Assembly: GCA_010405405.1 (NCBI GenBank) | Contig: MU004243.1 | Coordinates: forward strand, 243,340-307,339 | Source of the DNA: Microthyrium microscopicum | Taxonomy: Eukaryota | DNA: 64,000 nt | Reading direction: 5' to 3' | Shown here: positions 1 through 14,044 of the stretch, in pieces | Position numbering within the stretch: position 1 is the stretch's first letter | How the letters are laid out: every line of letters begins with the position of its first letter | Translations under genes and position numbers: made by a program | The notes under the pieces: model-generated | The model's database searches: none | Seen by the model: only the letters and a program-made list of their open reading frames with translations | What the model was told of the DNA's origin: nothing

Positions 1-177
1 CAGAATATCATGAACAGTTATCATGAAAAGCAGGCGACGGCGGCGAATGATAATGGGATCTATAAGCCGGGAGATTTCATTGTCAATTTTGGCGACTGTA
101 ATCAAAAGGCGAAAGGGCGGAATTGTGAGAATGAGATGAGGCCTTATTACGCCCGGTCGGTACAGGCTGATTTGTAG
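1..177 (+). CDS. 3' end of a GT34 (GMA12/MNN10/MNN11-like) glycosyltransferase, partial
   Basis: Frame 1 reads QNIMNSY...YKPGDFIVNFGDC...RNCENEM...* (TAG 175-177). This resembles the C-terminal 'QxxMNSY...GDFxxxFxxC' segment of fungal GT34 proteins. Confidence 0.6.
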   Translation, partial: QNIMNSYHEKQATAANDNGIYKPGDFIVNFGDCNQKAKGRNCENEMRPYYARSVQADL

Positions 178-663
178 GGAAATTAGTCTGGGGACTGGCG
201 TGGTGAGGTTAGATCTTGTCTAGATATGATGATTCGTTTTTCAGCAATGTTATTATATGCATATGACTATCATATTGATTCTTATCAAATACTCGTACTC
301 GTCAAAATACTCTACTTCCCCAGATATATTCTCACTTCTGGTGCCAATGTCACGGACTGGAAGTTCACTCTAGATGGAAAGTATATAAAATATGATATCG
401 TCTCACATCAGTGATTTGGAACGATAAAAGTTGGATATGCCACTGGTAACAATTGTATCATGGATTAATATTTATCCTACAGCAATATAACATGCCGTAC
501 TACTCTACAAAAGAAACTATATCTCAGATCTATATTCCCAAAAACATCAACGGCGCACTGCGTTGTAACCCCAAAACTCCAAAAAGTGTCAAAGAATAGG
601 CTCAGAATGGTATACCCAACTCCGCTCAAAAAATGCGTATCAAATGTACAGTATACCGCTATT

Positions 664-2259
664 TCACTGTGGTAATATTCTCCCATTCTCCTTACTAACA
701 TCAACCACGACTTTGCCCTCCACCCATCTTGCAAATCGTACACTCGGCGCATCCACAAACCGCCAAAACACATCCGCAGCCCATATTATCAGTGGTATGT
801 TGATACACGCGGCAAGTACAAAGCCTGCTACGTATTGACTCTCTGTTTCAACACCGGTGATTGACCATGCCCAACCTTCGACGATGTAGCCGACGACGTG
901 CATGACTGGTCCGTGGACGAGGTAGAGCGCGTAGCTGATTTTGCCGAGATATTGTATTATGGGGGTGTTGAATGGCGCTTGGAGCAGCGGGAGACGGGTG
1001 GTGGCGAGCATGAGACCGATGCTGCCGAGAGTTTGGTAGAAGCGGTATTTTTCGCTCCACCATTCGGGGATTAAGGTTGCTAGGTAGCGCCAGCCGGGGG
1101 CAAGTTCGAAGTGGTCGTCAGGCTGGGACATGAAGTAGAGGGAGAGGATTGCGAGGGAGAGGTAGAGGATTGTGCGTGTTGACTTGAGAGAATGCAGGGA
1201 GGAATGAAGCGGTGCGACGGTAGGTGGTGTGGTGATGGCGGATATGAGATCGAGTTCGGCGAGGAACATGCCGCTGAAGAATAGCATGAGTTCCCAGCGG
1301 TCATTGCGCATGACGAAGAGGAATAGGCCGGAAAGAAAGGTTAGGCGGAGACCTGGACGTAGACGTGCAAGGGCGACGAGAGCGAGGAAGAGCATGAGGG
1401 AGGCGCGGAATTCGACGGGGATGGTCCAGAGATGGAGATCGTAGTTTGTGGAGCCGGAGAAAGTGGCCCAGTTAAAGACGCAGATGAAGTTGAACATTTG
1501 CCATATCCAGTCGTAGAATTGGAGTTTGAGGGTTAGTTGGGGCTCTAGGTGGTATTCTTGGACATTGCGGTGGAATGTTTTATCAATGGCTAGTGGACGG
1601 GTGCGTTCGAACCAGCCTAGACGTAGCATGCACAGAACGAGGAATGTCGAGGTAATTGTTGGGACGAAAAGGCGGAGTGCTCGTCGAAAGACTGAAGAGG
1701 ACATGGTCGTTAGGAGAGAATCATATTGGTGGCTCCGCATTTGTTTGAGCGGTTTGAATGATAGTGAATAGCCTGATATGACAAAAAAGACGCAGACCAT
1801 GGGTGGTCCAGAGTAGAATAGTCGTATAAAAGGGAGTTGTAGGAAGTTGCGATTCTGATCTGGTGGTCCATATCCATATCCGATTGTAATCACGAAACAT
1901 GTGTAGGCCATATGACAGAGGCATACTGCAAATGCAGCCAAACCACGCATTCCATCGAGATATGCAGTTGGTCTTAACCTTTCAGGCTTATGGGAATCTT
2001 TACTCAAACTCGATTGAAGAAAACTTGGAAGTATGGCCCATAATGATCGTAGTACAGTCGACTGTAAAAGAGATGGTCGTAATGTCAAACGTAGACATGG
2101 CCGTATTATCTTCAAAACGAATGAAGGCTGAGGAAATAGTCGTTCTGATGCTTCATGATGGTCATCCCAATCCGAATCGCTGGTTTCTGATGGTGGTGAT
2201 TTCTCATTTAGTAACGACATGGACTCGCCCCTTATGTGTCTCTTCCCTTGAACCGCCAT
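664..2259 (-). CDS. Acyltransferase family 3 (OafA-like) integral membrane O-acyltransferase
   Basis: 531-aa intronless ORF with TAYLDGMRGLAA, VFFVISGY, RRALRL, HLWTIPVEF and YLGKISYALYLVH motifs and many hydrophobic segments. Confidence 0.9.
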   Translation of the reverse strand: MAVQGKRHIRGESMSLLNEKSPPSETSDSDWDDHHEASERLFPQPSFVLKIIRPCLRLTLRPSLLQSTVLRSLWAILPSFLQSSLSKDSHKPERLRPTAYLDGMRGLAAFAVCLCHMAYTCFVITIGYGYGPPDQNRNFLQLPFIRLFYSGPPMVCVFFVISGYSLSFKPLKQMRSHQYDSLLTTMSSSVFRRALRLFVPTITSTFLVLCMLRLGWFERTRPLAIDKTFHRNVQEYHLEPQLTLKLQFYDWIWQMFNFICVFNWATFSGSTNYDLHLWTIPVEFRASLMLFLALVALARLRPGLRLTFLSGLFLFVMRNDRWELMLFFSGMFLAELDLISAITTPPTVAPLHSSLHSLKSTRTILYLSLAILSLYFMSQPDDHFELAPGWRYLATLIPEWWSEKYRFYQTLGSIGLMLATTRLPLLQAPFNTPIIQYLGKISYALYLVHGPVMHVVGYIVEGWAWSITGVETESQYVAGFVLAACINIPLIIWAADVFWRFVDAPSVRFARWVEGKVVVDVSKENGRILPQ

Positions 2260-3931
2260 TTTCCCAATATTTGTAATGAACGTCCAGAAAGAAACCCAAG
2301 AATGAAAGACGAGAGATTTTCGACCCCGTAAACCTGCTGCAGATGGTGTTTATTGTAGACAGATAATCATTTGAAAGAGTGTTGTCCTGATAGCCTGGAA
2401 CAGGAGGATTGAAAGATGATAAAGAATGATAGAAAAGGCACGCTCTGCAGGTTGTTTTCGTGAACCGTTGAAATGAAGGGGATGTAGATTAAACAGCAGC
2501 CCTTTCCCTTGTTCCTGAGCAGCTCTGAAGTAAACGATCGACAGAGTTAACGTTTCAGTCCTGAGAGCTAGCATGTGCTTCCCCACGGCCAGAGTAAGCA
2601 TATAACGATGAGTTGTTGGAATGTAGAAGAGCTTTGCAAGAATGTTGCTCAAGTGAGGGGAGTAAAGATGCAAAACTGACTTGCCGAATTGTCAAAGAAA
2701 GAAGAAAACGAGGCCCAGAGCAAAGAAAATTGCAAGCCACTCCACATACTGGTCGACTTGTTCAGAAACCACTCAGAAATGGCAGTTGTTCTGTTTTAAA
2801 AGTGGAGAAGTGAAAGGCTGACGCGCGCCCTGGAATGATTGCTACTGGCCTACCAGACCTCTCCATGATCCTTATTGTTGGTTTGGAGATCAACTCATCT
2901 TACAGGCAGGTGGACAACGGTAACAGGTCATGTAGTTGAATCAGGACCTGGGTTTCCTTGCTCTCAGCAGCATTACGTGTGTGTTGTAAGGGACCATGAA
3001 ACCCGCGACAACATCTGTTCCAGACACTGACGAAACTTAGTTTACTGCGTCATTCTTTATGTTGAAAAACTATTGTTACTGGATCTAAAAGGTTTACGGC
3101 TGCAATGTCAGTAGGATAGAAACGGAACGACTCGGTGGTTGGAACGACCAGCTAGTTATGAACCTTGGATATCTTCAAGCCAATGCTAATAGTCTGTACT
3201 CGTGAATGCAGCACCTATTTCGAAGTGTGCATTATTTCGAGATTTCGATGGAAGAGTTCCAAACCTTCCAGAGTCAGCTCGTGAGCTCAATAATTGAATG
3301 TGCTCCAAGCTTGAAAAGACTTGAAGTGGCTTGCATATAAGACCCTGTGCGACTGATACAGCGAATGAGGTGCGGCTAAAGATGAATGAGGCTCTTCTCG
3401 ATGCAGCCAAAGACGGGACGCTGCCACGCTGGCGCCGGTTGAGATTCGATGTGCGTCGCTCGTGGTCATTTGAACCAATCATATGGCCGTGGCAAATCAG
3501 ACAAAAGGGGCACAGTGCAGCTAGGCTAAGTCGCCAACCAGTCTCCAAGCCATGTGGCACTTTTCAGGGGTTGTATGATTGTGGATCCAAGCTGAAGAAG
3601 AGAAAAGGACTAGAAAACCTTGTACTTCAGCCTTATAGAGGTCCTTTTCCATTGCAAGAGTCTTCTAGATCCTTGTTCTTCATCTGACAATAGTACAACA
3701 TCACAGTAGGATTCAACACTTTACAGCCTGATCCAATGCCTCACAATCAAAACACTGAACCACTGCTTAAGCCTTGAGGCCCGCTTGTTACTGCGACATC
3801 GGCCAGTCTCAATTACAGACAGATATCGTGAATGAGAGAATACCTTCCGGCATAGTCTAATCATCTAATGAGACTATTTGACTGTCTTCCCATACATATC
3901 GGTGCCAACAGTATATCTCTCCAGGGTCATC

Positions 3932-6085
3932 ATGGAGATTTCCGCCGATGTCACGTCACCGAATGCGGAAACAATCAAGCGCTTTAACTTACTCGATCGA
4001 AAATGCAGAGCCCAACACGGCAAGGACTTTAGCAGCACGCTCTGCACCGTCTGCGCAGCTTTAGATCTGGATACTCTTCTTGCACCCGCAAAGAAACAAA
4101 GTGCTGGTCGTATGCGAGACGATATCCAACTCGGCTCGCTTTCGCAACTTCAGGACTGCAGCAGCCATTGCACATTCTGCAAATACGTCCTTGAGCAAGT
4201 TCCATCCGTCATTGGACCAGAGGCTATGCCGCCAAAATACGTCGATTACAAAGAGTTTGAATTCGAACCTTATCCACCGCCGGTAGACCATTGGACTTAT
4301 GCGGAGTGCGTCCCGGAACTGAACGAAATCATTGTGATGTTGAGAAGCATGCGCGGTGATACAGAGGAGTGTCAGGACTTGCCGATGATAAAATTGAAAG
4401 ACTACCTTAAGGATCCAGCGGCTACTTGGATTGACATGGTGATCCACAGCGGTGGGCCTGGGTCCAAGACTCCAACAGCAGGAATGGCTATTACATGCAC
4501 AAAATTCGTTCCTTGCTCTAATGGCCTCGTTAAACAGGCACTGAGTGGTAGACTGATTCCTGCAGAAGTAGACTATTCTGAGCTAAAAGGCCATTTGAAT
4601 CTGTGCTTGGACAAACACGAGGAGTGTTTCTTACGTGACGTTGATGCAACTGCTGTGGAAAAGTATCTCTGGTTAATTGACATTGCCAATAGGAGAGTAG
4701 TGCTTGCAAATTCGAGTACAGATTACGCTGCTCTAAGTTATGTTTGGGGTGCAGCACGACGTGATTACACGCACTTCCAAAATATTAGATCTGAGCATTC
4801 CGAGAGTTGGCCAGATATTGAGATGCTTGTGGACGAAAATGAAGTACTGAGCACTGAACTTCCTCAAGATCTACCGGCGACTATATCTGACGCAATTGAG
4901 TTTTGTAGTAAGCTTGGCATTGAGTATCTTTGGGTTGATTCGATCTGCATTGATCAAGAGAGCAAAAAAATGAAAGATTATCTCATTGGGAGAATGGACA
5001 GCATATACATGAGAGCAAAGATTACCATCATCGCAGCTGCGGGTGACGATGCAAATGCCGGGCTTCCTGGTGTGCGTTCTGGAACGCGGAAGGAAAGCAG
5101 AAGAATTACTGACCTCCAAGGAGTGAACTTTACAACTGCGCGGCCCTTTGCAAAGCGATTGATCGCTGACTCAACTTGGTGGAAAAGAGCATGGACATTC
5201 CAAGAAGGCTGGCTATCTCCTCGGTGCTTCATCTTCACAGACCAAGAAGTACTTTATTGCTGCACGCGATCAACACATAGGGAATCTCTGTACTCGTATG
5301 ACCCGTTAGTCAGAAATGGACTTGCCGATCGGCTTTTTATGACTCAAGAGATTGGCTTTCCGACAGGAATCGGGCAGGTCAGCAAGACGCCCAAATTCAG
5401 AACTCTTTTCAACAACGTGATGACATTATATCACAAACGCCAACTCACATTCGAGGGTGACAGGATAAATGCCATCCATGGATGTGTGACTGTGATTTCC
5501 GAACGATTCGGTATTTCCAACTGGTATGGCATGCCAATGCAATGGGGTCGTGGTGCTGGGGCATTGATATGGCGACATATGAAGCCGGCTAAACGGATAC
5601 ATCTTGAGTTCCCAAGTTATTCCTGGGCGAGCTGGAATGCGGAGCCTTTCTATATTGATTATATCACACAAGTTCATGATACGCCGGACATGTTCGAGAT
5701 TGATTTGGACTGGGACATCGTCAAATCTTTGGGCGCTCCGGCTGTACTGTTCAAGGGAGAGGTTGCCAAGCTGTACATCAAGCCTGATCAGTCCAATGAG
5801 TGGCGCTTAGATGAGCAAAAGCATCCAAAACAACCGTCTTGGCTGTCCACGGAATGCTATCTGGATGATGATCTTTCGGTTCAAGAACGTGACAGCATCA
5901 GCAGTGGACCTAGTGAGTTTTTGGGTCTGGCTAAGGGGTACTCTGCGGTTGGCGGCCAAAATGTGGTCATAGCATTGATGATCGAAAGAAAAGAGACACA
6001 TGTGGTCAGGAGGTCAATTATCTGTGTGACAGATTTTGCTTGGATGAGGGCGGTTCGGGAAGACGAGGAGTTGGTGCTGCTCTGA
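3932..6085 (+). CDS. HET (heterokaryon incompatibility) domain protein
   Basis: Intronless ORF (first ATG 3932) with HET motifs LIDI, YAALSYVWG, LPATISDAI, YLWVDSICIDQ, MDSIY and RAWTFQE, plus FPSYSWASW. N-terminal CxxC pairs (CTVC, CTFC). Confidence 0.92.
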   Translation: MEISADVTSPNAETIKRFNLLDRKCRAQHGKDFSSTLCTVCAALDLDTLLAPAKKQSAGRMRDDIQLGSLSQLQDCSSHCTFCKYVLEQVPSVIGPEAMPPKYVDYKEFEFEPYPPPVDHWTYAECVPELNEIIVMLRSMRGDTEECQDLPMIKLKDYLKDPAATWIDMVIHSGGPGSKTPTAGMAITCTKFVPCSNGLVKQALSGRLIPAEVDYSELKGHLNLCLDKHEECFLRDVDATAVEKYLWLIDIANRRVVLANSSTDYAALSYVWGAARRDYTHFQNIRSEHSESWPDIEMLVDENEVLSTELPQDLPATISDAIEFCSKLGIEYLWVDSICIDQESKKMKDYLIGRMDSIYMRAKITIIAAAGDDANAGLPGVRSGTRKESRRITDLQGVNFTTARPFAKRLIADSTWWKRAWTFQEGWLSPRCFIFTDQEVLYCCTRSTHRESLYSYDPLVRNGLADRLFMTQEIGFPTGIGQVSKTPKFRTLFNNVMTLYHKRQLTFEGDRINAIHGCVTVISERFGISNWYGMPMQWGRGAGALIWRHMKPAKRIHLEFPSYSWASWNAEPFYIDYITQVHDTPDMFEIDLDWDIVKSLGAPAVLFKGEVAKLYIKPDQSNEWRLDEQKHPKQPSWLSTECYLDDDLSVQERDSISSGPSEFLGLAKGYSAVGGQNVVIALMIERKETHVVRRSIICVTDFAWMRAVREDEELVLL

Positions 6086-6616
6086 AGTAAAAGACAGTCA
6101 CGCCAAACACGCCAAAACTACTCCGAATGCATCGATAGGGACATCATAGGATTGCAAATTGTCGAGTACGAAGACGACATAGCTTCCGTTAATCACAACA
6201 GTCTGAGGCAGCCATCGTCTTTAATGACAGACAACTACAAATACCTGAAGAGGTACATGAGAGCACTTCGAATTTTCGAGTGCAATAGGAGACACGGCAT
6301 CTCATATTGAGAAGCTGCTGGTAGTCAATTCCTCTCATGGGAAATGTGCCATTCCACTTACCCATGCGGTCTCACGTCAAAGACGCAAAAACTACGGATG
6401 TATCAAGAGGGGCATGAAAGCACTTCGAATTGTCCAATGCCATGGAAAAGACAGTATCTTATATTCAGTGGTCTCGTGATCCTAATATTGGAGATACTAT
6501 CTATGGAGCATGTCTCATAAACAACACCATCGTCAGAGCACATAATCCCATCAAACCACCAACGCCATAGCAGCATATATAACATTAAACATTGCATATC
6601 AATCAACTCTCAAACA

Positions 6617-9600
6617 TCAAATCTTAAACACCTTCACCCCCTCCACCAACCCATCACTCAACTTCGTCGCCACACTCCACCGCGGCATAAACCGCAGCAC
6701 CTCATGATATGCGGGTATCGTACTCGGCTCATTAGCATCGCTCCATAAGCACACCACCTTCCCATCCAAGCCTGTGCTGTTTCTTCCTTTCACACCAGCC
6801 TTCCACGTCACATCCACATCCCACGCACCTCCCCACTCACGTGTCCATAGGCGGATACTCTTACACCCCTTCTCGCCAACGGCGGGAAAGCGTGGGTCGA
6901 CGGTATACCCTGCGACGTGAAAAGACTCGATAGGTGTATCAAAGAGTAACCGGCAGGCGCGCGTGTTTCTGCCCTCGATGCGGAAGTGTGCTGTCGTCGT
7001 ATTGGCCTCGCGAGTAGCGGTGTAAGTAAGCCACGACGAGTAATTCTGCACTGGCGGGATTTTAGAGTGCTCAAGCACATTCGGCGGGAGGCCAGGCCAG
7101 GAGCACTTGGTGAGGCCCTTGCGGGCTGTATAGTCTACGCCTTCGTCGCAGGAAATGTGTTTGCCAAAGGCGCTGGGTATGCCGTTGGCGACGGTGCGGA
7201 CGTATGGATCTAGACCGGTTAGACTGACGCTGTTGATTCCGCTGTCGAGGTCCACGGATTGCAGGAAGTAGAGTTTTAGGCGTGATGAGTCGGAGAAGGG
7301 GAAGGCGAGGAGGTTGTAGATTAGGGTGCCGCCGAAGATGAGGAGGACGAGGGTGGGGAGTGGGAAGGAGATGCGGTGGATGAAGGGTGTTGCTGGAGCG
7401 AGGAGAAGGACTGTGAGGAGAGTGATGAAAATGTAGATGTTCAAGACGGGACTGCCGTCTGCTGGGGTTTGGTATAAGGCGGACGTAGTGAAGAGGGCAA
7501 GTTGGCCGACTAGTATGATTGGCATGGGGCCGAGGATGAGGAATTGGAGAAGCCAAGTCCATGATGGGAGTTTGCCACTCCAGGCTTGTTCTTTTCTGTA
7601 TGGGCGAGGTAGAGCGCGGAAAACTTCTGGCTCAATTTCGTCGAGACCTGTTGAACGACGTCGTCGAGTGCCGTAGCCGGAACTAAAGCCAGTAGCTCGA
7701 TCATCGCGTAGTAAAGAGGTTCTCTCGGTGGCATCATCATCATGATCATGATTCTCTCCAGGTTCACTTTCCCCTGTTGTTGCTCTCACAGAAGAGGCTT
7801 CGGCAGCATCAATGCCTGCGATCAATTCTGCATAAGATGTCTTTCGAGGAAGGGCAAAGAGCTCAAGGTAGGAGATCAATAAGGCCACAAAGACTGATGC
7901 AAAGTAGATAATCACAAAGTATCCACCAGACATCTTGAGGTTATTTTCCATGACGGTGACACCGACCAGAAGAAGCCAGTTTCCAATGTACATCCACATT
8001 AGAGTATAGAACCTATGCAGTGCTGATGGACGCATTGCATCAGCTCCACGCATCAAGAACCAGTAAACAACGAACCAGGCTGAGAGGAACATACTTTGAT
8101 ATGTTAGCAAGGGCTTGAGGAAGTTGTTTGATATACTTACGCCCAAACAGAATATTCGCTACTGTATATGATGTAAGGATTGATCTTCGTCAAAAGAAAC
8201 GAAAGACCAACAAGAGCTGCAGTGGAAATGGCAGAGACAATGGGAGTCCGGAAGAAGGCTCTCAATCCGTCAATGGGAATAGAATCGTCTGCCTCGGGAA
8301 TCGATTTGTTCAAGGTAAATGGATACCATTTGTCAAAGTGAGACAGTAATGCAGTGAGTGCGATCAAAATAAATGGAGTCACGACCAGCAAGGTTACCGA
8401 CACAGCAAAGAAGCTATGAAGCTCAAAGACGGCAAAGGATCGTCCATAGATGTCAAACCAAACCGAGTCTGAGCCTTTACCAGCTGGCACCATTCCCTCT
8501 TCGAGAGGCTCGCCATCAAATTTTCCACTGGTGTCTGATGCAAGGCCTTCGACAGTTGCAATAGCTGCCGAAAGCATATGCCATAAGGAGCCTTTTGATG
8601 TATATCGAGTGGAGTCTTCTCGAGTATGGTATCGAGACCTGCTCCCGGTTAGTATATAATCAGGCATCCACTAAAGGCCTCATTACCTAGGCTCCATGAA
8701 AGCGACATCCAAGCCACGCATTCCAAGTAGTCCATTGAACACGACATAGTCAGTTTGGGACCTCACAAGACCGGCTTTGAATCCATCTGAGCTGGACACA
8801 GTGCCAAATGGACGGGGAGCTTTCTTGTAGTATCTAGTCACTTCCGTGTCAGTGCTGCGAAAGAGGACTGCTCTACCACCTGCGCCAGCTCCTTCCAAGT
8901 TGAGAAAGGTATGTGGGAATTTGGACAATGGATGTTGAGAAAAGGCATAAGCTCCGTTCAGATAGTCTTCTTCGCCATTGTTCAGAAGAGCAACGATTCC
9001 ACGCTTTGGTTGATTTTCCGGGACAGTAAAGTACGATATGAGCTGAAGCACTGATATCACACCAACTCCATCATCTGTAGCTCCAAAACCAGACGGCACG
9101 CTGTCGAAGTGTGCGTTTACCAATACACCACCTTTTGGATATTCGTCTGATGTTCGTGCCTGCTCCCAAGCTCTTCCCGCTTCATCATCAGACCCGCGAA
9201 TATATACTATAATATTCGTGCCTGTGAACGCAACACTAAGAGCCGAATCCGATGACGAGAAGGCGAGATTACTCTCAATATCATTGAAGATCTCCGCAGG
9301 CAGATCTCTCGCAGTAGCACTAGCTGGCTTAAGAGCACCATTTCTTTTCAAAATCTGCTCGATTCTCCGCAACAACCAATCCCGCACGACATCATTTCTC
9401 CGGCTATTGTATGGATGGTAGCCATTGGTGAGGAATTGTAGATCATGCCAAGCTTCGGTCAAGTTTATGCCACTGAGTGGAGCAGAACTCAATGGAGGAG
9501 AGGGTATGATGTTGTGGTAGGATACCAGAGAGGAGTAGAGAGCAGCGAGTATGGCTACGACGAAGAAGGTTACGGGCCATGGGGTGAATCCTATGGGATT

Positions 9601-9621
9601 TCGACTTCGTTTTCGTGGCAT
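6617..9621 (-). CDS. PFF1: Vacuolar membrane protease, peptidase M28 family (PFF1/YBR074W-like); exons 9621-8687, 8638-8141, 8093-6617
   Basis: M28 motifs VNAHFDSV, GATDDG, NNGEE, FLNLEGAG and YHT, followed by a multi-TM region. Introns 8686-8639 and 8140-8094 join the three ORFs in frame. Confidence 0.88.
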
Positions 9622-10243
9622 CGTGAGGTATTGGCGGGTTGTTCAGCCTTGCAGCTGTTGGTGTTGAGAAGGAATGGAGCTTTGTTTACGGAGACTTGGG
9701 ATGGTGGTGGGTGGCTGGGCTAGGCCCAAGAGGTCTGATTTGTGGTTTGCGAGCTACGACATGACAAGATGATTCTCCTTGAGACTAAGGAATACAATAT
9801 GAAGGACAGTCTCGGGTTAGCTGTGGTATTCGATATGAAGCTTGGGAAAGAAGCAGTCTGGAGCTTGTGAGCTTGCATGTGGTGGATGATGAGTGGACTC
9901 TTTCTCTCTCCCCGCATCTCAGACCCCAGACTACTCAAATGGCGAATGCTTCAATCTTTGACTTACTAGTAGGCAGATCAAGTCCATGTAAATGTCAATG
10001 CCAGGGCTGGGCTGCATATGCATGTACTATGTAGGTATGTACTGCTGCAATAATCCTTTGATCCCTCGTATTGCTACTCCATGTACTCTCCTCGGGTCCA
10101 CCCGTAAAGTAAACCACCAAAATGCCAGGTCCGATACAGCGCTGTCCTCCCACTCTCGCCCTCCGACCATTCATCAATCACCATATATCCAGGACCAAAT
10201 GCACGCCATCCAGAGACATACAAATGCTATACAATACCAAGAC

Positions 10244-10995
10244 ATGACCACTGAACCACCTCTTCAACAACAAGCCACTCTCCAGCTACCCGCCTTGGGA
10301 TCCTCACCCACATTCCATCCCGACTGCTGTCTCAGCCTCTCCACCACCATCATCGCGACCATAGCCGACAAACTCTCCGGTCATGGCGATCTAGTGCTAT
10401 CCGTAGGTTCGGGATCTGGACTTCTTGAAACCATACTTACCCAACACGACTCGCATCTCCAAATCGAAGGCGTGGAAGTAAGCCAGAACGACCAGACAGT
10501 AAACACCTATCTGCCCGAGGAACGTATACACGTCGTCAACGGTACATGGGCAGTTTCACCACTAGCATTGCTTTGTTCAGCGCTGTTATTTGTCTATCCG
10601 CGCGATCCAAGTCTACTCGCGCGATATATACAAGGAGCGGCGGCATCGCCGAATTTGGAGGCGGTGGTGTGGATTGGTCCGAAGGTCGACTGGGACGGTA
10701 AGATTACCGTGCAAAACCACGTTTCTCAGAGTCTTCAAGTTGATGTGGAGTATGAACCAAAACTATATTATCTCCCATCGCACTCGCTGGCTACCATAGA
10801 ATGCGATGGGTGTTTTATGGTTCACAGCTTTACAACACATGGTCTTCAGGGATGTAAGATTCGGTTGTATTCTCATACTTACATGTTCTAGATTATAAGC
10901 GTTGTTTCAAGAGCAGGTATGTCGTGGAGGAGGCGGTTAAGCTTAGTGAGTCGGAGATTTTGGTGCGAGCGTTGAGGAGGACGGTGGGGGAATAG
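10244..10995 (+). CDS. Hypothetical class I SAM-methyltransferase-like protein; exons 10244-10697, 10892-10995
   Basis: VLSVGSGSGLLE glycine motif, IEGVEV strand and LLFVYPR. A GTAAGA...TAG intron (10698-10891) gives the in-frame end DWDDYKRCF...GE*. The start codon is uncertain (10199 is possible). Confidence 0.6.
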
Positions 10996-11304
10996 TCGTG
11001 GCTATGGATATGATTTATGAATTGCGATTGCATGGCATGACAAAAGCGTAGGAAAGGGTATCTGATACGATTGATGTGAGAAAGGAATGGTGTTTGGATT
11101 TAACCTGCCTAGAGGGAAGCGTGAAGCTCAGAAACTTGTATTGCTCATGGTACATCATACATTAAACCGATATATCCTTTTTCCGCCTTTCTAATCGCTA
11201 GACTGATTCCATTCCATAATTGAAACGCTCATTGAAGGGTTTCTTGTATGATACACTACGCTGAATCGTCTATTGCAAACATACACTGTAGACGACGCTC
11301 GATC

Positions 11305-12881
<1,577 letters not shown>

Positions 12882-13603
12882 GGTGGAGATGCGTAATGGG
12901 TTTATCGGGGGGGAGTTTTGTCGTAGATGATGGAGAGTTGTGGAGGCGTGGAGGAAGGAAGATGAGAATTTAGGTGGTGGATGGGATGAGGCTGGTCAAG
13001 GAAGTCGCGACAAGAAATCTGCAACACCAAATCATCCGTGCGTTCTTCTCTCCCGTAACTTCATCCCCTTCCAGTCTTCGAATACTCCTCACTTTGTCTC
13101 ATTGCATAATGCTCTATGGATAGATGACGAGATTATTAGTGAATATACAATTTCCAAAAGAAGCCAGTGTAAATGCTTGAATCTTGTAAGCACACTATTG
13201 CATTGAGCTACCATACGACCAGTTTCTTCTGACCCAACCTTTCCCATTCTTCTCTCGCAGTATTTTAGAGTAATTTAGATGTTCAGAGGAACCGCCATGA
13301 AGTCAGTTGTTGACTACTGCATCTTCATCTGGCGTTTCAGCCTTGCACCATAGTGCGTACTAGCTGCATCTGCAAGTTTGCAACAACATCGTCAAACACC
13401 CCGAGAACCATATTAGAGACTAAAATACCATGATTCGACATGGCATTCAAGTTACAGTAAGGCCGTCATCATAGGTAAAATAAATGCTCTTCTTTTCGAA
13501 GAATCCTCCAAGATTCCCAAGCTCTCACTTTCTTGACATATCCAAGCTCTTTGCCATCCCAGAATCACATACCACGATTTGATATTCTCAATCCATATCA
13601 ACA

Positions 13604-14044
13604 ATGAACTACTCCCTCTGCAATAACCTCGCAATCCCCCTACCACCAACCGCCAGCGCAAGCTGCGGCGTCGCCAGCACAGTTGCCAACTTCTCCACCA
13701 TCCTGAAATCCTGCTGCAATAACGGCCCCATCGCCAACTACTCGCAATCGCCCTCAAGAGGAGGTGATCCCAACGGCCCAACATATTGTTTTGAGTACTG
13801 CAACATCACGGATCCCAATTTGAGCTATCTTGATGTCGAAAGATGTATTATGGGCAATATCACCCTCAATCAAAACTTGAGTGCAATCGGCCAGCCTCAG
13901 GCGTTGGATGTCTTCTGTATACCAGCCGCGAATGGAACGCTGACGGTGTCGACGGGGTCAAAGACTATAGTGGGTGGAATGAGTCGGGTGGTTTGGGCGA
14001 TTTTGGGGATAGGACTTGTTGGGGCGGTCTTTTCTGGGTTGTGA
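13604..14044 (+). CDS. Small cysteine-rich protein with hydrophobic C-terminus (possible GPI/membrane anchor), unknown function
   Basis: 146-aa ORF with 8 Cys (C-C-CC-CxxxC-C-C), several N-x-S/T sequons and the C-terminal hydrophobic tail VVWAILGIGLVGAVFSGL. Confidence 0.65.
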   Translation: MNYSLCNNLAIPLPPTASASCGVASTVANFSTILKSCCNNGPIANYSQSPSRGGDPNGPTYCFEYCNITDPNLSYLDVERCIMGNITLNQNLSAIGQPQALDVFCIPAANGTLTVSTGSKTIVGGMSRVVWAILGIGLVGAVFSGL

